Below are positions 12,890 to 24,800 of a stretch of 64,000 bases of DNA, piece by piece. The translations under genes and the position numbers were made by a program. Source of the DNA: Anolis carolinensis. Lineage: Eukaryota. The stretch is from NCBI RefSeq assembly GCF_035594765.1, contig NC_085846.1, positions 57,461,190 to 57,525,189 of the forward strand, in the 5' to 3' direction. The notes under the pieces were generated by a model. It had not been told where the DNA came from. It did not search any database and was given only the letters and a program-made list of their open reading frames with translations. Each line of letters begins with the position of its first letter. Within the stretch, counting starts at the first letter, position 1.

Positions 12890-15800
12890 TAAAGCAGAGT
12901 AATAGAAAACAAATACACTCCTCTAAACCATAGGCAGAGGAACGTTAAGATAATACACATAAAGCAGAGTCATAGACAACAAACACACTCATCTGAACCA
13001 TATTTTCTTTGGCAATCTGAAGCTAGATAACCATGATTTAACTATTTAATATTTAACTATAGCTTAATGAAGCACAAAGGACATTATTTCCACCACTTCA
13101 GGTATTTCAGTATCAGTAAGACATTATGGTTTAAAAGTACCTGGTGTGGGTAATGATAAAATTGGCACAAAACACAGGAGCATGTTGGAGTTCTCAAGAC
13201 ACATTGTGTTTCCTTTTTCCAGTGGTAGTTACAGCATTGTTACCTGCTTCTAATGCACCACAATTCTGTGGTTGAGCCAAACTATACATAATCAGGATTG
13301 CTATACACCAACACCAATTTCATCTTTTAGAAAGCCAAGCAAGGGCGAAAAACAGATCAAATGAGGCAGTAGTTCTTCAGGATATTCTGTAAGTTCAAGC
13401 ATATCTAGGAATGAAACCCCCAGGAATGGTATATAGCAGCATTCCTCAAACTGAGCCACAGCTGTAGCCAACCTAAAAAAAATCATTGCTTATCGCTACT
13501 CATCACAGCATTTTAGTTAAATGTGTGCCAGAAGAAGAACCCCACATGTGCAAGATAAAAGCATATATTGGATCAGACACTCAGTAGAGAACAAAGCTGC
13601 TATATGCAAAGCTGGACAGAAGAAAAGAGAAGGGCACACTGAACAGCTAAATAAAAGTAGAAAGATAAAGTATGGGAAGGGGGAAGTGAAAAGTTAGTTG
13701 TTATTTTTACTGTTGATTCTATCATTTTTATATTGCATATTCCATCTTGAGGAGACTCGAAAGGGTGTTATAACCCCCCAAAGTGGATCCAGCATCTTCA
13801 ACTTTAAAGGTACAGATACTAAACGGGAAGAGGCCAAGAGACAGAAACGCCTCAGGGGATAACAGAGGAGGATGGTCAGCCCTTAATGAGAATAGAGCTG
13901 CAGTGTCTATCCCAAAGAGTCAGGCTTGCAGTCTATCTATAGACTATCATTCATGGCCAGGTATGAGGGTCTTCCAAGGGTAGAGTCTTGGTGGTGGGTC
14001 CATAAGTGACTGTGGAAACTTATTCGGGATCCACATGGTCTTTCACAAGGACATAGACTTCCAGATGGAAGGCAATCATGACAAGAGTTTGTTTGACATG
14101 CCTTCGCCTTAGTCCTGTATTTCTGCCTCCTCAAAATCCATAGCACTGTTGCTAACAGCTGATCTCCAGTTGCAATGCTCGAGTGCCAGGGCTTCCCAGT
14201 TCTCAGTGTTTATACTACATTTTAAGGTTAGCTTTAGGCCCATCTTTAAATGTCTTTTGAGGTCTAGTAACGTTTCATTTTCTGTTCTTGAGCTGAGAGT
14301 AAAGCAACTGCTTTGGGAGATAGTGATCAGACATTTGGACAACGTGGCCAACCCAGCAAGGTTCAGTTTCAATGCTGGTGGTATTTGCTTCTTTTAGAAC
14401 TCTGATGTTTGGCCGCCTGTCTTCTCAAGAAATTTGCAAGAATTTTTCCGGAATTTGAGACTGATGTTTGTAGATTGTCCATGTTTTGTAGGCATACAAT
14501 AGGCTTGCAATCTATATCTAAATCCATAATAAAAGTGAAAACCCGTATGTGTGTATGTGGCACAGGTGTCCACTCACACAGATAGCCTCCAGCCTCCACA
14601 AACAGGCTACTGTTCCCAGTGCTGAGAACCCAGCAAGTCACTCTTTTCCACTGACATTGCGGTTACAGCGAGCTCCATGAACATGTAGCCCAACCCCTGC
14701 CAATGTCCTTCCCAAACACTACGGCCCACCACCCAAGGAATGCTTTCATTTGGGGACAATTTCATCCTAAATTTTGCTTTTTCTTCCACCATAGGCAGGC
14801 ATCCCAGGGTTCTCCATTGCTGTGGAATTTGCATGACCCCGCCTACTGCCCTTCCCTTTCAAATCTGTCTTCATAACAAACAGAGCAGAATTGAGCTGCA
14901 ACTAAACTTACTGGAGGACTTTAGGGATTGACTGCACATGGTGGAAGTTGTAGTTCACCCTACATCAAGTCAAAGCACTGTGACTCCTACTGGGGAATTT
15001 AGAGGAGTTGTAGTTCACCTACACCCAGAACACTATGAATCCGAACAATGATGGGTCTGGACCAAACTTGCCAAACTTCATACCTGATATGCCCAGATTT
15101 GAATACTGGTGGGTTTGGAGGGGAATTGGCCTGGACATTTGGGAGTAGTAGGTACTGGGATTTATAGTTCACCTGCAATGAATGAGCACTTCAAACCTTA
15201 CCAATGATGGACCAGGACCAAACTTGGCACACAAAGCCCCCATAACTAATACAACTTATTGGACAAGTTTGGGGGAAAGGGAGTTATAGTTCACCTGCAT
15301 CCAGAGAAACAGTGATCCCCACTAACAATGGACCAGGACCAAACTTTGCACAGAGAAGCCTCATGACCAACTGAACATACTGCAGGTGTTTGTGGGAAGG
15401 GGCCTTTATTTTGGGAGTTGTAGTTTCACCTGCATCCAAAGACCACTGAACCCAGCTAATGACGGATCTGGACCAAATTTGGCATACAGACTGAACATTG
15501 CCTGCTGTGGATACTGACAGATGTTTTGGAGTAATTGCCCCGGGACTCTGGGAGTTGTAGTAGTTCACCCCCATCCAGAGAGTACTGCAGCCAGCCGATA
15601 ACCAACCAATGACATATCTAGACCACACTTGGTCCACAGGCCCAAAATGGCCAACTTATAATACTGGCAGGGTTTGAGGAAGATTGAGCCACGATTCTAG
15701 GAATTGTAGTTCACCCACTCCAAACAGAATACATAACATTGAAAGACAAATAATACCATTCTCAAATGACCCGGGCACCGCCGGGTCCTCAAGCTAGTAT

Positions 15801-18800
15801 ATAATAAAAGTGAATGTTTATATGTATGTTTGTGGCAGCATTTTGATTGGCCTGGCGGAATATGTGCTCGCATTTTGATTGGCCTGGCGGAATATGGGTC
15901 AGCTTTCTGATTGGCTGGGCGGAATGTGCCAGCTTTCTGATTGGCCGCCACTTTCATAGGCCACTGGGATTGCTGAGGGAAAAACTACTACCAACTGGCT
16001 TCGTTTGGCCTACTTCTCTCCTCAGAACGACACTAGCTTTGGGACAGTTAACAGCTTTCGGCCTACACTTTGGTAATCCAAAACACCACTGCCACCACCA
16101 GAAAGGCCGGACCTGGACCAAACTTGACACACATAACCTCATGAACCCACTGACAACGGATGGCCCCCTTTGGCCCCTCTGCTGACATGTTTAAGGCCTT
16201 CCAGGCTGGCCCCTCGCTGCTAGGCCGAAAAGACGCCATCTTGCCTCAGCTTTCAACTTCTTTGTAAGGCCCTACTTTCCTCAAAAGACAGCAGAGAACA
16301 TTGTTATTATCTTTTTAACGATATGCTTATGAACACTTCTAGCCCCCAAAGCCCCAATCCAAGCCTACTTTGATCATTTTGCTAACACGTTTCAGGCCTT
16401 GCAGCCTGGTTCCATTGTGCTAGGCCGCAAAAGAGGCAGCCATCTTCCCTGTTCCACATGGTTCCAAACAGAGCAGCTTTTGCCTGTGTCTTTTGGATAC
16501 AGCACTCTCCTTCAACAAGGTAAGGCGGCAGTACGTAAATACTATTCACAGCAGACTAAAGAGAAAATAATGACTATCTTTTTATTCTTTCCTTTTAAGG
16601 ATCGTTTACTCCCCCCCCAGTTTTTACTGAGGCAAAAAACTACCACAGAGCAGGCTTCGGCCTACTCACTCTAACAGGCTTGACACATACAGTCTCCATG
16701 GCCTACTATACATCCGGGTCCTGTTTGGAGTGGGATGGACCATGGATGATGGACTTGCATATGGGAGTTGTAGTTCACCTGCCCCCACTGAACCCTGCTA
16801 TTTCTTATTTATACTACTATTGCTTGACATTACTTTTATGTTTTATTTATATGGTGGATGTTAGCATGTGGCTTAATGACCTTGCAAGCCACTTTGGGTC
16901 CATTGCAGAAAGGCGGGGGAGAAATATCAGAATTAAATAAATACATAAATAAATAAATAAATGTCTCAATGGTATGTATGGTTGGAATGACCTTCTGTCG
17001 GGAGGGTTTGAATGGTCTCTTCCTTTGTGGCAGATGGGGCTGGACTGGATGACCTTCAGAGACCCCTTTCAAATCTAGGACTCTATCTATCTCCCAATCG
17101 TATTTGTGACTGGATGGCCATCTGTCAGGAGGGCTTGGATGGTGTCTTCCTCTATGGCAGAAGGGGGTTCAACTAGATGGGCACCCCTTCTAACTCTAGG
17201 ATTGTATGGAAGCCTTTAAACCAGGCACGGGCCAACTTGGGCCCTCCAGGTGTTTTGGACTCCAACTCCCACAATTCCAGAGAGCCTACCCCATGATGCG
17301 CTTTATGTCCTGGAGCCGTTTGCAGGATGATGGACCATGGGTGATGGGATATGTAGTACTTTCAATCGCTACGATTCCCACAGGCCACTGCGATGCCCAC
17401 CAGTGACGGAACTGGACCAAACTTGGCACATAGATGGGACATGCAGTACCTTCACTCGCTTCTTGAGACCACAGCAACTGCTACATATGACAGAACTGAA
17501 CCAAATCTGGTATATATATCCCAAATGACACACTTTATATGTTGCAGCAGTTTGGGGGAGGATGGACCAAGGACGATGGGATTTGCAGTACCTTCATCCA
17601 ATTCACCTCCCACAGGCCGCTGTGATTCCCATGAATGACAAAACTGTACCAAACTTGATACAAAGGTGCAATGTGGCCCCCTTTACGTCCTGATCTGGTT
17701 TGATGCAGGATGGACCTTGGATGATGGGATTTGCAGTACCCTTATCCTATTCACCTCCCACGGACCACTGTGATACCCATGAAAGACGAAACTGTACCTT
17801 ACTTGGCATACAGGTGCAATGTCACACAATTTATGTCCTGGTGTGGTTTGCAGGAGAATGCACCAAGGATGATGGGATTTCCAGTACCTTCATCCAATTC
17901 AACTCCCACAGACCACTGTGATGCCCATGAATGATGAAACTGTACCAAACTTGACCTATAGGTGCAATGTGGCCCACTTTACATCCTCCTATTATTTGAG
18001 GGAGCAACAGACCATGGGTGATGGGATTGACAGTACCTTCACTCACTTCCCCAGACCACTGCAACCCTCACCAATGTCTGATCAAGACCAAACTTGACAC
18101 ATCGAGTCCCCATGACCTGCTTTACATCCTGAAGCTGTTTGGAGGGGGATCGACCATGGACTTGCATATGGGAGTTGTAGTTCACCCGTACCAACTAAAG
18201 CCAACTGACACTGGATCGAGACTAAACTTGGAACAAAGGCAAACAATTCAGTTCTCAAATAACCCGGGCACCGCCGGGTCCCCAAGCTAGTACCTCAATA
18301 AAACCAGAAGTTGGGAGGATTTCCTAAGCCAGGTGCTAAAACCATGGAACTTAGCTCTAACTCTGAGAAAGATGGAGAAGTTTGGAAGTCTGATCACAGA
18401 GACACTATCATGGATTAAAAGCTTCTAAGTAATCGTATCAGGCCCAGGGAGCCAACAAAGACATGGCTTACCCCTCCCATTATCCTGGCCTACTGCCTGC
18501 CATCTTCATCACTAGATCATTTCCCTGCATCCTAAGACATGCAAAAAGGCAAGGAGGCTTGAAGGGATTTGTAGACTACCTGGATTCCTGAAGCTCAATA
18601 AAAACTGTAAACAGCCATTTGAGTGCCTGATTTCATTATGTCAGCAGACATCAGTATGGTGTATCTTCCCCAAGCAGGGTTAGGAAACCCAGAAGTATCC
18701 AAATAAATGAAATAACACCAGATAAACTATAGGACAAGCAAATGAGAAGCATGCAGAATTTGCTCCAAGACTAATCTACAGTCTATATGGATATGGATAT

Positions 18801-21800
18801 GCTTGTATGGGGGGAGCTGGAACTAAATAAAGGTGACCAGGAGACAGAGAAATGAAATGATCTCTTTCTTCTTAGGGAAAGGGGTTACATGGGATTTGGA
18901 AGGAAATTAGAAGAAATTAAAGATCTTTATTGTAGAATAGGTTTGAAAAGAAGAGGGAAGTTAATGTCAAAGCAAGAATAACTTGAAAGAAATTGGCTAC
19001 TCGAGCTGGAATGCAACTTAATTGTGAGAAGAGACTAGGAGAAAATGGTGTAATAGAAATAATATTTTGAGAGACATGTAAAGGTGAGAAAAAAGTTATG
19101 AAATACAAAATCTTCTCTGCTTAGTGCCTATGGAGTTGTACATTCTGATTGTAATGAGAGATGGGACTCCAGAGTCAACATACATACTTATCAAATTTAC
19201 TGCTACAACCATTTTATAAAAAACCAATCAAATAAAAGGTTGAAAATGACTGAAAGCATTAGATTGAGAAAAATATCACCTTACAAGAAATTCTAGATGA
19301 TCTTTTATAGCAAGCTTCAAAATCTCAGTAAAAATGTTCTTTAAAACAGAATAATTTCAAACACTCTTTGTAACATGACAATGGAAAAAAAAGAGTTAAT
19401 TTAAAATCCGGGGAGCGGAGTGAGCGCCCGCTATTAGCCCCAGCTTCTGACAACCTAGCAGTTCGAAAACATGCAAATGTAAGTAGATCAATAGGTACCG
19501 TTCCAACGGGAAGGTAATGGTGCTCCATGCAGTCATGCCGGCCACATGACCTAGGAGATGTCTATGGACAACGCCGGCTCTTTGGCTTAGGAATGGAGAT
19601 GAGCACCAACCCCCAGAGTTGGACATGACTGGACTTAATGTCAGGAGAAAACCTTCACCTTACCTTTAAAATTGTCAAAAGATTAGTGAATTGTTGAGCT
19701 CGCCTTTGTATGATTTTGGACTTCAGAAGAACAATTCTTTTATACAAAAGTACTTAATGGACACTGCTCATCTTCACAATGTAAAACTGAAGCACAAGTG
19801 CAAAGTTTTTTCAAGGGCCAATCTTGACTTAGCCAAGGTCATAAACAGACCTAGCATACTATCAATCTACTTACTCTTGTTATTGCCAAAATCCACAGTA
19901 TCTATATTATGCATCATTATATTTACTGGGTTCATAGGAATATAGATGAATTGTTTCTTCACATATACTTAGAAATTAACTAATATGATTTCATTTGTTA
20001 CACACACACACACACACACACACCTCAGGTTCTCAAGTAAGTCACTTTTCCAGAGAACTAAATGAATTGTACAGTAAAATATAAATATTTACAATATTTG
20101 CTTTAGTTGTATCATATGGCCCTCCAGATGCTGCAAGGATCAAACCTAGCATAGCCAATAGTGACAAATACTGGTTGCCGAAGTCCAACATCTGGAAGAT
20201 GACATGGTCCCACCCATCTGATCTAGATATAAATGTTTTGCTGTGTACCTCAGCTTCAGAATCCTTCAGTTTCTGAACCTTTTCTTTGACTTTCATTTCA
20301 AAGACTTGCTCCATTTCCATCTCCATTTTTTTCATCTTTGCCACATGCTCTCTTCTTTCTTCTTCCATCTGTGCCAGAGGGCTCCTGCCATAAATCAAAG
20401 ATGGTTGATTATTCTGTTTCCTTTTATAAATATATGATTGATATCAAATCATTAGACACACACCAAAAGGAAGCAAGCAACATTCTGACAGTGATGTAAC
20501 CCACAATTAACAGGTGTCTAACAAACTAATAGTAGTGTTCAAATGGTTTCCCATCACATTTTTTCTCTACTACAGCCACAAAGATGATGAAACCACGGGT
20601 GGGGTGGGCAGGCTCTATTCTACCCACAATGGCACAATTTCCAGGAAAAGTAACACTGTGAAGGAGGGAAAACACCAGACTGAGGCAGTGAAGCTTTAAT
20701 ACCACAGGTCTATCTAATGCAGATGTGATGGTCATTCTCAACAAGAATATACCATCACCGAAACCATCAACACAGTTACACTGAACTGTATTGTCTTTCA
20801 GTGTGAGTGGCTATTGGTCGAATAGTGTACATTTCTCCTACTACTATAATCTTATTACTGTATTAAGCCACATATTTTTATTTATAACTATATTGCATCA
20901 TTTGTGGCACTGACACTTAATGAATGAATTGGTGTGATAGCATGGAATGGTTCTTGACTGATGGCACCAAGCCATTTGCTGATCTATGTCTGTGTGAGGT
21001 CTGAGTGCTTCAATTTGACAAGGAGGCCATTTAATTGGAAAACAGACAGAAAGGAGGATGCAAAGAAAGCTTCCTGGGCGAAATTAAGAATAAAGTGTTT
21101 AAAAGAAGGTTAAATGCGCTGTTCAAAATTGGAAATAAAGAATAGAAAAGATATTGGAGGGGGATGACAAAAGAGAGAAATTAATATTTCACATATGTGA
21201 GCCAACTAGCCAATTATTTGATGTGGATTTGTAGTAAGATGATTTATTATATTAAATACTTCCAAAGTTTTCAATACTGTTATTGCAATCCTATAACCAT
21301 TCCAATAGATCCAATTGTATGGCTAAAAGGACAGAACTGTGGTATTTAACTGATTTATTATATTCAGTCACAAATGCTTCACTATTTTTCTAGCTAATGC
21401 ATTCATATCATACATAGGTTGAAACACCAAAATATACTATAGAGTACAACCTGAACATGCTATGATCCAATCACTGCTACATTATTATTCAACAAGGGAA
21501 AACTAGGGATGTGTCCAATAATGCAAGTGCATTGACTACGAATATTAATCACCAGTCGCCTGGACATTCATGCAACACAAAATGTGAAAAATATATAAAC
21601 AAGTAGCAACCAACCAAATCAAAGTCAACTTTCACTTTACCACCTATAATCGTAGTAAACAGATACTGACATTTCTTGAATATTTTTTCTTTTAATCTGT
21701 AATAGTTTAGAATCACAAGCAGTGTGATCCCAATAAGCTGTTTTCAAAATGACCCAGGCACCTGGAGAAGAATTTATATTCTATCACTAATATCACCTAT

Positions 21801-24800
21801 AAGCACTGGCCAAAAGATGCCTGTGAAGTCTGTTCAACCACATGGAAACAACACACCTAGTTGTATGACATCTGTATTGTAAATACTAATCCTTCAGCAA
21901 TTGAAGATATGTGCAGGAACAAATTTCTTAATGATGAAGAACAATGGCTAACAGAAAAGCTATTCCACTGAGATAGCTCTTAAGAAATGTTCTTCATCTG
22001 TCAGGATGGATCAATGTACAAAGAACACTTTCAAAGGAGATATAAAGAAGCAACACATGAGCTTTTAAAGTAATTTGGAGAAGATGGAGAAAGGAAATTG
22101 AATTTAAGGGTTACAAAAGAACAGTAATGAAAGCCAATTGAAAAGGACAGAAAAGGAAGGTAGGAAGAATACCAAAACAAATGATCATCTTACAGAAAAA
22201 GACAGTGAGAGTTTGTAAGTCCAATGCTCTGCTGTAACAATAAAGTACAATCCAAGATGGCTTGTAAGATTGTGTGTGTGTTTAGGTAATGATAACAGGT
22301 AACAATACTGGAGCTGTCTATTAAAATTGGCCCTCCTGCAAAAATTGTGTGCACATAGGAAAAGGCAATCTGTACTATGTTCTTTTTTAAGTGGAAAAGA
22401 TGCCCCTTTTAGAGATCATAGTCAGTACACTTTTTACTGTAACTAAAACCCCTCAATTCAACATTTCAATAATTTTAAGTAGGCTTTCATGTTCAGAAGT
22501 TTAACCAATAAAGGGTTGCTATTTTGGGGAAAAAATGTATACCATGTCTAAAGTGTTTGAAGTGTAATTTCTGTCACTTCAAAAACAAGGGTAATTTGTT
22601 TTTATATATTTTTTCACAACAGGTCCTTCTTTTCACAGAGAAGTAAAATCTTGACAGAACATAAAACTTTAAAAAGTCCCTGGAATAACTATTAATCCAA
22701 CATAAAAGGCCTATTTTATAGAGAAGTATCTTTCTATGGCTGTAAAATGTTGCAGCAGACCATTGCAAATGAAGCCCACATTCATGCTTAAACCACCATA
22801 TCTGAATCAACTAATTTATGCCTAGACAAGAACAGGTTGTTTACCTATCATCAGTGTTCTCACAAATGTGTATCAATTTATATCTAAACATAGAAGAACA
22901 TTGGAAGCTTCTAGAGCTGCATTTTGGAAGTAACCCTCCCCCCTCACTTGCACAGATATAAGTTGTGTGTTCCCACCAAAACCAAATTCCATGTATGCCA
23001 GTGGACGCTTGGAGTAAAGTAAGGCATAAAGAGAGAAGAAGTGCAAGTTGTGAGTGCAGAAATGACCATATGAAGAACCAAACTTACAGGTAGGTAACCT
23101 GTTCTTTTTCTTCATGATCTCTGTGACTCAGAGTATTATCATGGGAAAATACCAAGGAGAAAAGTGGGTCATGCAGGATTGATTGTACTCAAAGTCTCCA
23201 TCAGGTTGAATTGAGCATCCAGTCTACAATGAGGCAGAAATAGAAATGCAACCACGTAGCTGCTTGGCATATTTCCTGGAGAGGACTCTACTTGAGATAT
23301 ATATGCCAACAAGGTGGCCATTGCTCAAGTCGAACGAGATTTAATTCTTTGAGGAAAGGGGTTCCAAGCAAAGGAGTAGGTGTCATGGCCCAGAACGCAG
23401 ACTCTGGGTCAATCTGTGGAATGGCAGTTTTAGAATATGCTGAACCAGGACTCACCTGAGACTGATCAAACGCAAGCGGCACCCAAACAATTGAACAATC
23501 AAATGAGAAGGCATGGTCCTCAAACCCTTAGACCCAATGGGCGGTGGAAAAGATAAGAAAGGTATTTCATAAGGCATCTTATCCAGCAAAAGGAGAGATT
23601 CCCTGCTGGAAACAACTGTCTGATCTCCAGCTCTCATGTGGTTCAGGTTCTACGGACAACGCCGGCTCTTCAGCTTAGAAATTGAGATGAGCACCAACCC
23701 CCAGAGTCAGACATGACTGGACTTAACGTCAGGGGGAAACCTTAATTCAAAGGTATAGAGTTTTAGCTGTTCTGGGTATCTGCTCTGAAAAAGTGCCCAG
23801 ATCATCCAACAGAAAGATAGGGTTTTGTGTCCCTAAAAGGGGGTCAAGAGAGGAAGTGGAAGAGTCCTCTACACCTGAATGACTGAACTCCTTCTACAAT
23901 GACAACTTTGCAGAAATGTCACGGCCAATCCCTGTAAGAAACGGAATAATTGTAGTGAGGTGCTGAGAAGAGGCAGCATATCAGTATTAAATTGAGTTGG
24001 AACAAACAGAATCAGCTGGCTTGGAGGTTGCATAGCAGAATGAATGGATGGGCAAGGAGATGGTACTTGTACTTGTGAAGTGCCCAGAAATCACAGCTGG
24101 AGGTATAAGACTTATCTTCTGACTGAAGAGTGAAGGCTATCCCTATGGGAACCCCCTTTAGAGAGAGAACCGATATTGTAACTACTATATGGTCATATCT
24201 ATAAAGGGGGTTCATATGGGGAAATACAATTTTTCAGACAGTTTGAACCTGAGCCACATAGGGCTTTATAACATATGACAAGCACTTTGAATTATGTCTA
24301 GAAATGAACAAGAAGCCAGTGAAGCTGTTTTTAACAGGGGGGTTATATGCTCCTCATAACTGCCCGTATTAGCATTCTGGCCACCTAATTTTTAACCTAT
24401 TGAAGTCTCTGAGGAGTGTCCAAAAGCAGCCTCAGCTAGAGTAGTAATAATAGGGTGCTTGGCTATTGCTGAAACCTGGGTATGGCTTCAGATTTCAGTT
24501 CAGGAGAGTACCCAAGCTGTGAGCCTGAGATTTCAGAGGCAATGGAAACCTTTTCAACAAGGGTGGTGTCTATATCCCCTTATCTGCTTTCCGACTCACC
24601 AGAAACACCTCTGTCTTGTTTGGATTAAGTTTAAATTCATTTACCTTCATCCAGTCAATTACTGACAACAGACACTGGTGCTATACCAAGACAACTTCCT
24701 TAAAATCGGATGGAAAGGAGAAATAGTGTTTGGTGTTATCAGCATACTGATGACACCAAATCCGAAAATCCTAGATGATCTCTTCTAATAAATTCAGGTA

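Larger units (their letters stand above)
14511..18290 (+). mobile_element. Two tandem or nested non-autonomous Helitrons
   Basis: A|TC 5' end at 14511. Two near-identical 3' ends: ACCCGG-gcaccg-CCGGGT hairpin then CTAG|T, at 15797 and 18290. Both heads share ATAATAAAAGTGAA. No TSD. Confidence 0.85.

Noticed and set aside
14935-18200. Regularly recurring motifs superficially like a CRISPR array
   Set aside because: Eukaryotic context; the units are degenerate tandem repeats with related intervening sequence.
21671-21696. cag|26 nt|gtcagt exon-like segment
   Set aside because: Not a multiple of 3, with a weak pyrimidine tract.
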